From an uncultured Gemmatimonadales bacterium (GTDB taxonomy: Bacteria; Gemmatimonadota; Gemmatimonadetes; Longimicrobiales; RSA9): a DNA stretch of 64,000 nucleotides. This document shows, piece after piece, positions 50,405-63,579 of the stretch. Under the pieces are notes generated by a model. It did no database searches. It was not told the origin of the DNA and was given only the letters and a program-made list of their open reading frames with translations. The position numbers and the translations under genes were made by a program. Each line of letters starts with the position of its first letter. The first letter of the stretch is position 1. The stretch spans positions 1-64,000 of the forward strand of contig CAWCRS010000003.1 of the NCBI GenBank assembly GCA_963798085.1, in the 5' to 3' direction.

Positions 50405-50564
50405 GGTTGAGGCTGGAACCGCTGTGATCGTGGCGGTCGACGAACAGGACGAACGCAGCCGCGCTCTGCGGTTGAAGATCGTCCGGGCCTGCGGTTGACA
50501 GTTGCAGGAGCAAGTCGGGCAGGTAACGAATTCAGTCAATGAAGAGGGCAGCGTGGCAGTGATT

Positions 50565-50611
50565 CGTTTCCCACCCCCAGCCCCAGCCCGAGCCCCGGCC
50601 CCGGAAAACGG
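50565..50611 (-). repeat. Copy of the G-rich hexamer element
   Basis: Reverse complement ccgttttccggggccggggctcgggctggggctgggggtgggaaacg resembles 11254-11295. Confidence 0.75.
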
Positions 50612-50731
50612 GTCGTCCAACGGATCCAAACAGCGATGCGTTAGTAGAACGAAACGACCTTGTGTGTCCGGAGCACGACCCGGCCAGGTCGTGCGCCGGC
50701 GCGCATGCAACTGGGAAAGCCGGACACTGCA

Positions 50732-52101
50732 ATGAAGCGTTGGGTGATCGCTGTATCCGCTGTGGGAATCCTCGTGCTGGCCGCTGTACTGCTGCTGCGC
50801 CAACGGTCAAGCTCGGAAACGTACAGGTTCGTGCAGGTCCAGCGAGGCACCATCGAGTCTTCGGTGAGTGCCACGGGCACGCTGCAACCGGATACCACCA
50901 TCAGGTGGGCACACAGGTGTCCGGCCAGCTGGCGGGCGTGTACGCGGACTTCAACGATCATGTGCGCCGCGGGCAGCTGCTGGCGAGGCTGGACACCACC
51001 GTGCTGCACGAAGCGGTGGTGGAAGCCAATGCCTCGCTCGACGCGGCACGGGCCACCCTCGATCAGCGCGAGTTCGAGCTGCAGCAGCAGCAGCAGCTCC
51101 ATGACTCGCACGTAGCCACGGAAAGCGAGTACCAGACGGCGCGCTTCAATGCGGCATCGGCGCGCGCCAATCTCGAGTCGGCGCAGGCCAACCTGGAGCG
51201 CGCGCGGCGCAATCTCGATTTTGCGCGCATCTCCTCGCCCATCGATGGCGTGGTGGTGGAGCGCAACGTGGAGGTGGGCCAGACAGTGGCCGCCAGTCTC
51301 TCCGCGCCGCAGCTCTTCCTGATCGCGGGCAATCTCGAGCACATGCAGATCCTGGCGGCGGTGGACGAAGCAGACATTGGCAGCATCCACACCGCACAGC
51401 CGGTGCACTTCACGGTGCAGGCCTGGCCCAATGATCAGTTCACGGGCAGCGTCGAGCAGATCCGGCTGAATCCCACGACGACGGACAACGTGGTCAGTTA
51501 CACGGTGGTCGTGGACGTGCCCAACCCGGGCACCCGGCTGCTGCCCGGCATGACGGCCACCGTCGCGTTCCAGATCGCGCGTGCCGAGAACGTCCTGGAG
51601 ATTCCTAACGCAGCATTACGGTTCCGCCCCACGCAGGCCATGCTGGCAGCAGTGCAGCGCCCGGGCAGCCGCGGGCCGGGGAGCGGCCAGCCGGCCGGCG
51701 CCACCACCAGTGGCGCGGGCGACAGCGGACGGGCGGGCGGGCGGACGCGTGAGGGCGACCGCGCCGGGCGAGGCGGCGGAGCGCAGGGCGGACGGGGCGC
51801 GGGCCCGCGCGACCGGGCAGCGGCAGCCGGACCCGGCGACAGCAGCGGATTCACGCAGGCGGGCGGCGAAGACAATGTCGCCTGGCTCTGGTACGTGGAT
51901 GCGAGTGGCAGGCTGGCGGTCACAGCCGTGCGCACGGGAATGACGGACGGACAGATGACACAGGTCATCGGCAGTGACCTGAGCGCGGGCATGAACGTCA
52001 TTGCCGGTGTCACGGGCGGCGCCCCCGCGGAGAGCGAGGCGACGAACCCGTTCCAGAGCAACCAGCCGCGCGGCCGCGGCGGCTTCCGTGGAGTCTTCTG
52101 A
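50732..52101 (+). CDS. MacA-like efflux periplasmic adaptor, frameshift near 50903
   Basis: [56 protein letters not shown]. Confidence 0.88.
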
Positions 52102-52102
52102 G

Positions 52103-52850
52103 ATGGCGGACGGTGACGCGGTCATCCGCATGGATGAGATCCGGCGCGTCTACTCGACAGGCCGCACCGAAGTGCAGGCGCTGCGCGGCGTGACGTTTCT
52201 CGTGGAGCCGGGCGAGATGGTGGCCATCATGGGCGCGTCAGGGTCGGGCAAGTCGACGCTGATGAACATCATCGGCTGCCTGGACCAGCCCAGCGCCGGG
52301 ACGCTACTGGCTGAACGGCGTCAGCGTGTGGATCGGATGAGACCGCAATGCAGCTGGCCGACATCCGGAACCGCGAGATCGGCTTCGTCTTCCAGGGCTT
52401 CAACCTGCTGGCGCGCACCTCGGCCATCGATAACGTCGAGTTGCCGCTGCTCTACGATCGCTCGGGCCGCTATCGCGGACACGCGCGCGGCGGCACGCGG
52501 CTCGCTCGAACGCGTGGGTCTGGCCGAGCGGCTGGACCACGAGCCGAGCCGAGCTGTCGGGCGGGCAGCAGCAGCGGGTGGCGATTGCCCGCGCGCTGGT
52601 GACCCGCCCGTCGCTGCTGCTGGCCGACGAGCCGACCGGCAATCTCGACAGCCGCACATCGGTCGAGATCATGGCGCTGTTTCAGGAGCTGAACGAACAG
52701 GGCAGCACCATCGTGCTCGTAACGCACGAGCCCGACATCGCGGAGCACGCGACCCGCATCGTCGAGCTGCGCGACGGCTGGTGCTGCGCGACCATCGCGG
52801 TCGACGGGCACGGCGCCGGGCCGACCGTCACGAGCTGTCGCGGGGGTCGC

Positions 52851-52854
<4 letters not shown>
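52103..52854 (+). CDS. MacB/LolD-type ABC ATP-binding protein, multiple frameshifts
   Basis: [47 protein letters not shown]. Confidence 0.85.
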
Positions 52855-54079
<1,225 letters not shown>

Positions 54080-54080
54080 C

Positions 54081-57000
54081 TCAGCCGCCGCCCGGCCGCC
54101 TCGCCAGGATGGGCGCGGGCGGCTCGGCCTTGCGCACGAACCGCTCGGTCCCTAACAGCTTCATTGCCTCCTGCACGGCGCGCTCCAGCTGCGGGTCGTG
54201 GCCGGCAATCACGTCCTTCGGCGTCATTCTCGACTTCGATGTCGGGCGGTACGCCATCGTTCTCCACCGCCCATTTGCCGTCGATGGAGAAGAAGCCGCC
54301 GCGGGGCGCGATCATGGAGCCGCCATCGACGAACGGCGGCGTGTCCCACGTGCCCACCAGACCGCCCCACGTACGCTCACCCACCAGCGGTCCCACCTTG
54401 TAGTAGTGGAACATGTAGGGCATGAGGTCGCCGCCTGAGCCCGCCTCCTCGTTGATGATCATCACCTTGGGTCCCCAGATACCCGCGGCCGGTGAAGTGA
54501 ATGGCTTGCGGTCGCCTACCGGGTTGTTGAAATAGCCGTGCGGCTGGCGATTCAGGAACTCGATGATGTAGTCGGCCGCCGAGCCGCCCGTGTTGAAGCG
54601 CTCATCGATCACCGCGCCTTCTTTGTTCTGCTGCGCGAAGTAGTAGCGGTTGAACGCGGTGTAGCCCGGCTGGCTGGTGTTGGGGATCCACACGTACGCC
54701 AGCTTGCCGCCGGAGAGCTGGTCCACCTTGCGGCGGTTGCTGTCCACCCAGTCGATCTGGCGCAGCTGGCCCTCGGAGCCGATGGGCTGCACCGTCACTA
54801 ACCGCGAGTTTGTGCCGGATGGGTCCGGTCCCACGCGGATCTGCACCTGGCGGTTGGCCGCGCCCTCGAACAGGCGGTAGGGATTCGCGGGCGCGCGCAG
54901 CTCGACGCCGTTCACCTCGAGCAGGTAGTCGCCCACGCTGACGTCAATGCCCGGCTCGCTCAGCGGCGCACGGCCGGCACCCCACTCATCGCCGCTGTAG
55001 ACCTTGGTGATGCGATACCGGCCGTTGGCGATCTCGTAGTCTGCACCCAGCAGGCCTACCGAGACGTTGGGGACCTCGGGCATGTCGCCGCCGCGCACGA
55101 AGGAGTGCCCCACGTTGATCTCGCCACCCATCCAGTCCAGCAGGTAGTTGAGATCGGAGCGGTGCGCGACGTAGTCCACCATGGGCTCGTACAGGGTGCG
55201 CGTCTTCGCCCAGTTGAGCCCGTGCATGTTCTTCACGTAGAGGTAGTCGCGCTGGATGCGCCAGCCTTCCGCGAACATTCGGTGGTACTCGGCGGGCGGA
55301 TCCACGCGCATGCGCAACCCCGCGACATTGATGCGGCCGGAACCGGGCTGCGGTGGCTGGCGATCGCTGTCCACCACGCCCCAGTTCTGGCCCGAGCGAT
55401 ACAGCAGCTTGTGCCGGTCGGCGGAAATGCTGTACGACGTCACGCCGCCCATGAACTCCCTCGCCTCGCGGTCACGCAGGCTGTAGCGCTCGAGCGTGTT
55501 GCCGCCGCCGGCACCGCCACGGCCGCCACCGCGACCGCCACGGCCGCCGCCTTCACCCGGCACGACGTAGAAGACCTGGCCCTCGGTACCCGCCTGCAGC
55601 GAGCGGTAGTCACGCGCAGGTACGGGGACTGCGACGATGCGATTCTCGAGTCCGTCGAAATCGATGTCGACGCGCACTTCACGCGCTGCGCCGCGGCCGC
55701 CGCCACCGAAACCACCACCGCCTGCGCCACCACGGCCACCACCGCCGCCACCGCCGCCGCCGCCCGCCTGTGTGCTGTCGCCACGCTGCGCTGTGCTGGC
55801 GGTTCCGGTTTCATCGCCGATCACGGGAAGGAGCGGCGATGGCTCACCCTTCTTCAGCACGGCGAAGTAGATGCCGCGCGTGGCGGGCCGGTCGTACGAC
55901 GTCATGTCCAGCCAGCCGGTGTTCAACGCGAAGTCGGTACCGGCCATGAAGTACAGGTACTTGCCGGAGGCATCCCATGCGGGCGAGGTGACGTCCGACA
56001 TGCCATCCGTCATCTGACTGATCTTGCCCGTCTCGAGCGAGTAGACGAACACGGCGTGCAGCAGATTGTCGAGGTGCTTGACGTAAGCGATCCAGCGCGA
56101 GTCCGGACTCCACACCGGATCGACGGTGCGTGTGGGCACCATCCACGGATCCGTGTCGATGGTGGTGGCCTTGCCCGTTGCCACGTCCACCATCCAGAGC
56201 CGCAGGTCGGTATCCGTGAACATGATCTTCTTCGAGTCCGGCGACCATTGGGGCGTGTAGTAGAACTTGGGATCGGGCAGTGCGATTTCCCGCCGCTCGC
56301 CAATGCCATCCTGCGGTGAAATGACGAGTTTGTACTCGCCACTGGCATCGCTGAACCAGGAAATCCACTTGCCATCGGGCGACCACGCGGGTGCGCGTTC
56401 GGCCGAGCCCGACGTCTGCGTCAGGTTGCGCCAGTCGGCGCCGCGCTCGGTGGGAACCGTGAAGATGTCGCCGCGTGCTTCGAAGAGCGCGCGCTTGCCC
56501 GTGGGCGAGATTTCCGCGTTGGTGATGCGATTGGCGACATCCTCCCAGTGCGGCATCATCCACGGGAAATCAGCCCGCACCGTGATGTCCACGCGCTTCG
56601 ACTGGCCGCCGGCCGGATCCAGCGTGTTGATGTAGCCGGCCTGCTCGAACACCAGCGTCCTGCCGTCCGTCTGCAGCGTCTTCACGTCGAAGTCGGTGAA
56701 GTGCGTGACCTGCTTCAGCTGCTTCGTCTTCGTGTCGTACGCCCAGATGTTGGTAGCCCAGTCGCGGTCGGACAGGAAATACACGGTTTGCCCGATCCAC
56801 ACGGGCTGCGCGTCTTCCGAGCGATCCCACGGTTTCACTTCCTCGAGGTCGTACGACTGCATGTCGAGGATCCAGATGGGCCGGTTCTGTCCGCCGCGGT
56901 AGTTGCGCCGCTCCTCATCCCACGAGCTGGGCATACGGTAGGCGAAGTGCTTGCCGTCGGGTGAGAACGAGCCCTGATACGCGCGCGGCATGGGCAGCGC

Positions 57001-57522
57001 CTGCGGGAAATCGGCGTCCAGCCCGACCGTCCAGAATTTCCCGCTGCTGGGTGCATTCGTGCGACTCGAGAGGAAGACCACGCGCTTGCTGTCCGGCGTC
57101 CAGCCCTGCACCTCATCGGCGCCCGGATGCCAGGTCAGCCGGCGGGGCTCACCGCCCTCGGCGGGCACCACGTACACATCCGTGTTGCCCTCGTACTGCG
57201 CACTGAACGCGAGCCAGTGGCCGTCCGGCGAGAAGCGCGGATTCGTCTCCTGACCCTGGAAGCTCGTCATGCGTCGCGCATCGCCACCCGCACGCGGCGC
57301 CACCCAGATGTCTTCCGCGTACTCGAACGCGATGCTGGTCGCGCTCATCGTGGGATCGCGCAGCAGCCGCGTCGGCCCGCCATTGGGCATCGCGCGCTCC
57401 GCGATCTGGCGTGTTTCCGCGGTGGAGCGCGTGATCTGGGCCGCTACGCGCCAAGGCGATAGCGCTACGAACAACGCTGTCAGCAGGGCGACCGTCTGGC
57501 TGTTTCGCATCGCGTGAGTCAT
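54081..57522 (-). CDS. Tricorn protease homologue (S41), frameshift near 54225
   Basis: PD40 propellers, PDZ region, IDERFNTGG, NEEAGSGGD catalytic Ser motif, RTWGGLVG; true stop inferred at 54081. Confidence 0.93.
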
Positions 57523-57546
57523 GGCGCACCTCGGGTTCTGGAAGGG

Positions 57547-57772
57547 CGTTTCCGGGGCTGGGGCTCGGGCTGGGGATAACGGATGAATATCGACTTATGA
57601 CTGACAGCTGCGTTGCCGGGGCTTGGGCTGGGAAACGGAACCGGAGCATTCATGCACGACGCAGGCGATCTGCGCGTGACTCCTGGCCTGACATCGTCGC
57701 CTGATCCGTGCATCCCGAACTCCACCGAACCGTGAGTTCCCAGTCCCAGCTCGAGCCCCAGCCCCGGCAACG
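57547..57772. repeat. Three copies of the G-rich hexamer element (two direct, one inverted)
   Basis: 57547-57582 and 57611-57638 forward; 57736-57772 reverse. Confidence 0.8.
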
Positions 57773-57773
57773 C

Positions 57774-57838
57774 CGTTGATCCGTCATCCGTTATCGCCGT
57801 TCCCCAGCAACCAGCCCCAGCAACAAGCAACCAGCAAC
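57774..57838. repeat. Short heptamer-like tandem repeats
   Basis: cgttgatc/cgtcatc/cgttatc, then cagcaac/cagcc/cagcaac/aagcaac/cagcaac. Confidence 0.55.
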
Positions 57839-57844
57839 GCAGTC

Positions 57845-59860
57845 CTATTTCCTGCCACCACCCTGCCCGGTAGCACTGACAGCTTTCGGAGCTCCAAGTA
57901 CGTACTGGGCAAACCACTTCTCCTGCTCCTGATCGAGATAGATGCGATGGCGAGGCTCGGCGATGCCGTGGCCTTCGCGGGGGAAGCGCAGCATCTCGAC
58001 GGTCTTGCCCAGCTTCTTGAGGGTGCGGTAGTACTCTTCACCTTGTGTTATGGGCACGCGGCGGTCCTGCTCGCCGTGCGTGATCAGCAGTGGCGTGGTG
58101 ACGTTGGTGGCATAGCGGATGCCGGAGTACTTCTCGTAGACCTGGCGCGTGGCCCAGGGATAACCGCCGAAGCCGAACTCGAGCAGGTTGGGAATATCGG
58201 TCTGGCCGTAGAACGCGAACCAGTCGACGATGCCGGCATGGCCGATCGCGGCCTTGAAGCGATTCGTCTGCGTGATGGTCCAGAAGGTCATGAACCCGCC
58301 GTAGCTGCCGCCCATGATGGCGAGTTTGTCGGGATCGGCGACGCCCTGCGCGATCGCGTAGTCCACGCCCTTCATCAGGTCCGTGAAATCCTTGCCGCCC
58401 CAGTCCTTCACATTGGCGGTGCCGAAATCGAAGGTGCGGCCCGAGCTGCCGCGCGGATTGCCCATGAGGACGGCGTAGCCGCGGGCGGCCCAGATCTGCG
58501 CTGATGTATTGAACGTCTTCGTGAAGCGACCGAACGGACCGCCGTGCACGCTCAGGATCGTGGGATAGCGGCGGCCGGCCTGATACTCGAGCGGATACGT
58601 GATGATCCCATCAATCGTGAGCCCGTCCGCGCCTTTCCACGTGATGGGCTCCGCCTTCGCAATCGCGAAGTCCTTCAGACCATCATTCTCCTGGAACAGA
58701 CGGCGCATGTTCTTCCCGTCATTGTCCGAGAGGTAGACGGAACCCGGATCGGAGAGGCTGGTGCTCGTGATGAGCCAGCGCGAGCCATCCTTCGAGCGGC
58801 TCTCCACCGTGTAGACGTTCTGGTCGTCGGGCAGCACGGGCTGCGCCGTGCCGCCGGTGGGCGCGGCCTTGTACAGCGTGGAACTGAGCCCCTGGTCCGC
58901 GCGGAAATAGATGCTGCGGCCATCGGGCGCCCAGTCGATGTCGGACACCGAGTAGTCGATGGCGGCGCTCAGGTTGACGGGCGTACCGCCTGCGGTCGGG
59001 ATCACCTCGACGTCGAACTGGTCCGCGCCATGGTTCTCGTGGCTGCTGGAGCTGTAGGCGATCCACTGGCCGTCGGGCGACCACACGGGCGCGCGGTCCG
59101 GACCGGGGTTGTGCGTCAGCTGCCGCACCTCGCCCGAATCGGCCGACACCACGAACAACTCCGTGTTATCACTGCGGTTCGGATCCCCCATCTGCGTGCC
59201 GGTGTGGTTGGAGGTGAAGGCGATCCACCTGCCGTCCGGCGACCAGACCGGGCCCTGGCTGTCGTACGGCCCGGCCGTGACCTGCTGCTTCTTCTTGGTG
59301 GCCAGGTCATAGACCCAGATCTGCGTGTACGTCAGCTTCTTTTCGGCGTAGTAGCCGTCATCCTTCTTCTTGACCTTCTCGTCCCACGCCTTCCTGTCGG
59401 GCCGCTCGCTGGTCTCGGTGAAGGCCAGGCGGTGGAAATCGGGGGAAAACACGCCGTTAGCGGGCGCCTTGGGGTCGTCGATCAGCTTCTCCGCCTCGCC
59501 GCCATCGGGCGAGATGGCCCACCATGCGGCCTTGCCATCGCGGTTCGAGCTGAAGAGGATGCGACCGTCGGGCAGCCAGCGCGGGCTGGTTTCGCCCTTC
59601 GCGGAATTCGTGAGCTGCACCGTGCGGCCGCTGGCGATGTCGTACAGGAAGATGTGCGCCGTGCTCTCCAGGCTGTCCGGATCGCGCGTGCTGCGCGTGT
59701 AGAAGAAGCGGTCGCCGGCCGGCGACAGTGTGTAGCCGTTCCAGTTGGGCAGCAGCAGTGACTCGCGCATCGTCATCCTGCGTCCGCTCTGCGCGTACGC
59801 GAGAGAGGCGCTGGCCAGCAGCAGCAGCACAGCGGTGCACAGCGGTTTCGCTCGGGTCAT
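57845..59860 (-). CDS. S9 family peptidase (prolyl oligopeptidase / acylaminoacyl peptidase)
   Basis: Signal peptide, WSPDG repeats, HGGP, NPRGS, GGSYGG, HGEQDRRVP, REGH. Confidence 0.95.
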   Translation of the reverse strand: MTRAKPLCTAVLLLLASASLAYAQSGRRMTMRESLLLPNWNGYTLSPAGDRFFYTRSTRDPDSLESTAHIFLYDIASGRTVQLTNSAKGETSPRWLPDGRILFSSNRDGKAAWWAISPDGGEAEKLIDDPKAPANGVFSPDFHRLAFTETSERPDRKAWDEKVKKKDDGYYAEKKLTYTQIWVYDLATKKKQQVTAGPYDSQGPVWSPDGRWIAFTSNHTGTQMGDPNRSDNTELFVVSADSGEVRQLTHNPGPDRAPVWSPDGQWIAYSSSSHENHGADQFDVEVIPTAGGTPVNLSAAIDYSVSDIDWAPDGRSIYFRADQGLSSTLYKAAPTGGTAQPVLPDDQNVYTVESRSKDGSRWLITSTSLSDPGSVYLSDNDGKNMRRLFQENDGLKDFAIAKAEPITWKGADGLTIDGIITYPLEYQAGRRYPTILSVHGGPFGRFTKTFNTSAQIWAARGYAVLMGNPRGSSGRTFDFGTANVKDWGGKDFTDLMKGVDYAIAQGVADPDKLAIMGGSYGGFMTFWTITQTNRFKAAIGHAGIVDWFAFYGQTDIPNLLEFGFGGYPWATRQVYEKYSGIRYATNVTTPLLITHGEQDRRVPITQGEEYYRTLKKLGKTVEMLRFPREGHGIAEPRHRIYLDQEQEKWFAQYVLGAPKAVSATGQGGGRK

Positions 59861-59878
59861 GGGTCCTCCGCGGTGTGT

Positions 59879-60514
59879 TCAGCGCCGGTACGCCAGCAGC
59901 ACTCCGTCACGAATCGGTACGATCGAGCCGATCCAGTCCTCGCTGGTCATGATGGCGTGCGTGTAGGCGCGCACGCCTTCGGTAGCCGGCGACTGGTCGG
60001 CGTCGTCGAAGATGCGTCCGCTCCACAGCACGTTGTCGGTGATGAGGACGCCGCCCCGCCGCAGCTTGTCCGCTATGACAGGCAGCGATGCGGGGTAGCC
60101 CGCCTTCTCGATGTCATTGAAGACGAGATCGAAGGGACCGTCGGCCTGACGCAGCGCAGCGACGGCTTCGCTGACTGTGTAGCGTACGAGGTCGCCCAGT
60201 CCCAGCTTCGACAGGTATTCCTTCGCCGATACGGACAATGCCTCATCCCACACCACGTGGTGCACCTCGCCGCCGCCGTTTTCGCGTACGGCGCGCGCGA
60301 ACCAGGCAGTCGAATACCCGTAGCCGGAGCCCAGCTCGAACACGCGGCGCGCACCACTCATGCGCGCGATCTGATAACAGAAGTATCCGGCGGCCGGCCC
60401 GATGATGGGGAAGCCGTCGCGCGCGGCGCGCGCTTCCATCTCCTGCATGATGGCGGGCCTCGCCGGGACATTCTGCTCGAGATAGCTGCCGACCTGCTGC
60501 GCGATCAGTTCCAC
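59879..60514 (-). CDS. O-methyltransferase (COMT/YrrM-like)
   Basis: FPIIGP, ELGSGYGYS, FDLVFNDIEK, GGVLITDNVLWSG. Confidence 0.9.
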   Translation of the reverse strand: MELIAQQVGSYLEQNVPARPAIMQEMEARAARDGFPIIGPAAGYFCYQIARMSGARRVFELGSGYGYSTAWFARAVRENGGGEVHHVVWDEALSVSAKEYLSKLGLGDLVRYTVSEAVAALRQADGPFDLVFNDIEKAGYPASLPVIADKLRRGGVLITDNVLWSGRIFDDADQSPATEGVRAYTHAIMTSEDWIGSIVPIRDGVLLAYRR

Positions 60515-60625
60515 GCTCGCCTGCGCGGGAAAGAATTACATGCCAGGTGCGTCGGGTGACGGCCCGGGCTCTCAGGGGGACGGGCAAACGTAGGCGGGCC
60601 GGGAGTCGCCTGCAAGGAAACGCGA

Positions 60626-60652
60626 GGGCCGGTCGCGGATCACGACCGGCCC
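60626..60652 (-). terminator. Hairpin downstream of the lipoprotein gene
   Basis: gggccggtcg-cggatca-cgaccggccc; weak U-tract. Confidence 0.4.
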
Positions 60653-60683
60653 CCTCTGGTGCGCGCGTGTGGCAGTCCTCGCG

Positions 60684-61151
60684 TTACTCTTTCTCCCAGA
60701 CGAACAGCGCGCGCTGGCCTGCATACCTCGAGAGATCGACGGCGCCCGCGCCCACCTTCGTGTGGATGCCGAAGAGCTTGGCCTTCCAGAAGGTGAGATT
60801 GATGCGACCCGGCGCCGTCGGTATGCAGCGTACGGCATTGCCGTCCCCCTGGACGCTCGGCTCATCGCGGTTCGCGCCGATGCCCTTCCACCAGCCGGTC
60901 GCAGTCAGGATCTCCAGACAGATGTTCAGCTGGCTCCCTACGGATGGATCGGGCGAGGTTATCATCTCGATGCGATCCGCGAGATCGTCGGTGGTGAAGA
61001 AAAGGTCGAGTGCGGGTGGCGCGGGCGGAGCCGGCGGCGCAACGCCGCCCGGATCCGGTTGCGCGGGAACGTCCGTCGGGCTCTGGCACGCGGCCAGCAG
61101 CAGGGTGGTTCCCAGGAACGCCGCGACTGCAATATGATGAACGCGTAACAT
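60684..61151 (-). CDS. Hypothetical lipoprotein
   Basis: GAGGAG RBS, LAAC lipobox, Pro-rich linker, WWKG..FWKAKLFGIHT. Confidence 0.7.
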   Translation of the reverse strand: MLRVHHIAVAAFLGTTLLLAACQSPTDVPAQPDPGGVAPPAPPAPPALDLFFTTDDLADRIEMITSPDPSVGSQLNICLEILTATGWWKGIGANRDEPSVQGDGNAVRCIPTAPGRINLTFWKAKLFGIHTKVGAGAVDLSRYAGQRALFVWEKE

Positions 61152-61304
61152 GGTAGTCTCCTCAGTTCTTGTCTGCCGCCCGCACACTCGCCGGATTGCC
61201 AGCGCACGAACGAACTGTCTACATCAGACAGGGCGACAAGAACCGGGAAACACCCTCACGAATTCGCGCGCGACGGATTGCGCGGAACCCGCCCGGGCCG
61301 TGCA

Positions 61305-63492
61305 TCAGCGCACGGTCACCTTGCGCATCACCTCGCCTTCCAGCATGCGGTCCACCACGTCCATGCCCGACACAACGCGGCCAAACACCGTGTAGTTGTG
61401 ATCGAGACGCACATTGTCGATGAGATTAATGTAGAGCTGGGAATCGCCAGTGTTACGGCCGCGGGTGGACAGGCCCACTGTGCCTCGCCAGTTGTACTCG
61501 AGACCCAGCTCGTCGCGCGTGAACGGGCCATCGCCTGCGTACTCGTTGGCGCCGGGACTGCCGCCCTGCACCACGAAGTTGGGCGCAATGCGGTGGAACG
61601 TCAGCCCGTCGAAGTGGCCGCTCCCTGCCAGCCGCGCGAAACGCCACGCGTTGGTGGGCGCCGCGAAGGGCAGCAGCTCGATCTCGATGCGGCCGCCATT
61701 CTCCAGCTCGATGAGCACATGCTCGCGGGAGAGTGCTTCCAGCTCCTCCGCACCAGGCAGCGCCAGTCGGGGGAGCATCTCAGGCGACGCTTCCATTCGC
61801 GTGCCCGTCCAGCCCGCGAGCACGGTGGCGGCCTGCTGCGCGATCGCGGGGTCGAAGTCCCGCAGCCAGGGGTGCAACGCGCCCGCCTGCGCCTTGCCAC
61901 CCAGCTGGCCAATGCGCGCCAGCAGTGCGGTGCGCGGGTCGCGCAATGTCTCGCGCTTCATGGCCGTGATGCGATCCAGCGCGGCGAGCAGTGCGGGCAG
62001 TGCCGCCGTGTCACGCGAACCCGCCAGTGCGCCCGCCGCGGCCCGCAGCAGCTGGCCGTCCTGCTGGTCACGCAGCTGCGCAATGTACACGGCGTCGGCG
62101 GCGTGACCGGCCAGCGAGTCCAGGCCCTCGATTGCGGCCGTGCGAACATTCGGGTTCGCATCGGCAGCGAGTGCGCGCAGTCTCGCCGTGTCGCCCATCC
62201 CGGTGGCGGCCCTTGCGGCCCAGGCGCGCACGAACGGGTTGGCATGCGCGACAAACGCATCAATGCGCAGCGCCGCCTGCTTCGCATCGGCGCTCGCCAG
62301 TGCCGCGATGGCGTGCGCCGGGCGCTGCCAGCTGTCCGGTTCCGACGTCGCGGGCAGCGTCTGCGCCAGACTGTCCAGCAGCTGCGCGCCCGGCGGGCCG
62401 CCGCATTTCCCCGCCATGATGTCAATGGCGAGCAGGGCCACGTGCATCGCCTGGCCGCGTGCCGCGTTCATAATGGGACGGCAGCGCGTTTCGGGGTCGC
62501 GGCGCTGCTCGTAGGGCCGCAGCGATTCGTAGCGCACCATGGCCGCACTGTCTTCCAGCGCCCGATCCAGCAGGTGCTGCGCCGCTGCGGCGTCCGGCAC
62601 ACGCGCGATGGCCGCGGGCGCAAGGCGGCGCACCAGCGGATCGGAATCCGCCAGCACCAGCTCGATGTCTGACAGCGTGTTCTGGCCCGAGCCCAGCAGC
62701 GCGCTGGCAGCCACCGTGCGGGTGCGGCGCGCGCGCAGAGCAGCGCCGCCTGCCTGCGTGGACCGTCCGGTCTGCAGCAGTGCGCGCAATGCGCCCAGCG
62801 CCTCGTCCGGGAGCGCGCCGCTCGCCGCTCGCTGCAGCACCAGGAACTGGAAGCCACGCGCCACACCCAGCCTTAACTCTTCGTTAGAAGAAGCCGCCTC
62901 GCCCGGACCGGCACGCCCCGCGGTGTCCCCCAGCGTGGTGACGAGCTGCAGCGCCGTGGCCGCGACATCGGCCGCGCCCGCCTGTGGCAGCCGGCCCAGG
63001 CTTTCCGCCAGCACACCGCGCACGCGCGCATCAGGCTCCAGCCCCAGCCGCTGGCGCAACGCATTCCTCGCCAGTGTCCCGCTCCCACCGGGCGCTGCGC
63101 CCGCAGCGCCCGCCGCAACTGCCAATTGCGCCAGCGCGTTGGCTGCCTGGGCGCGCACGGCGGCCGAGGAGTCGCCGAGCAGCGGCACAATCAGCGCAGC
63201 GAGCGTGTCCTGCTCGAGCCGGCCCAGTGCGCGTACCGCGAATGCTGCGCAGTTCGGCGTTGCTCGACGCCAGACCCTCGCGCAGCGGCGCAATGCCGCC
63301 CTCTGCTCGCCCGCGCGCGTCCTCTGCGGCCAGCATGCGCTTGAACAGCACGCTGTCGGCGGCGAAGTGCGAGGCCGTGGGGCGCGCTCGCTCGCTGCAG
63401 GCAGGCAGCAGCACGACGGCAAGCGTGGCGAGCAGGACGGGGCCGCGCGCATTCAGGCGGGGCCGTGGGACGGAATGCGGTTGCGTGATCAT
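61305..63492 (-). CDS. HEAT-repeat lipoprotein with C-terminal cyclophilin-type PPIase, frameshift near 63245
   Basis: LPAC lipobox, HEAT repeats, FHRIAPNFVVQGG, RGTVGLSTRGRNTGDSQ, YTVFGRV. Confidence 0.88.
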
Positions 63493-63579
63493 GGCGGGGA
63501 AAATACGGCGGGGCAGCGGCTGCGGACAAAGGGCGGTTACGGATTGCAGGCGACGACGGCGCCTCGATCCGCCGTCGTT

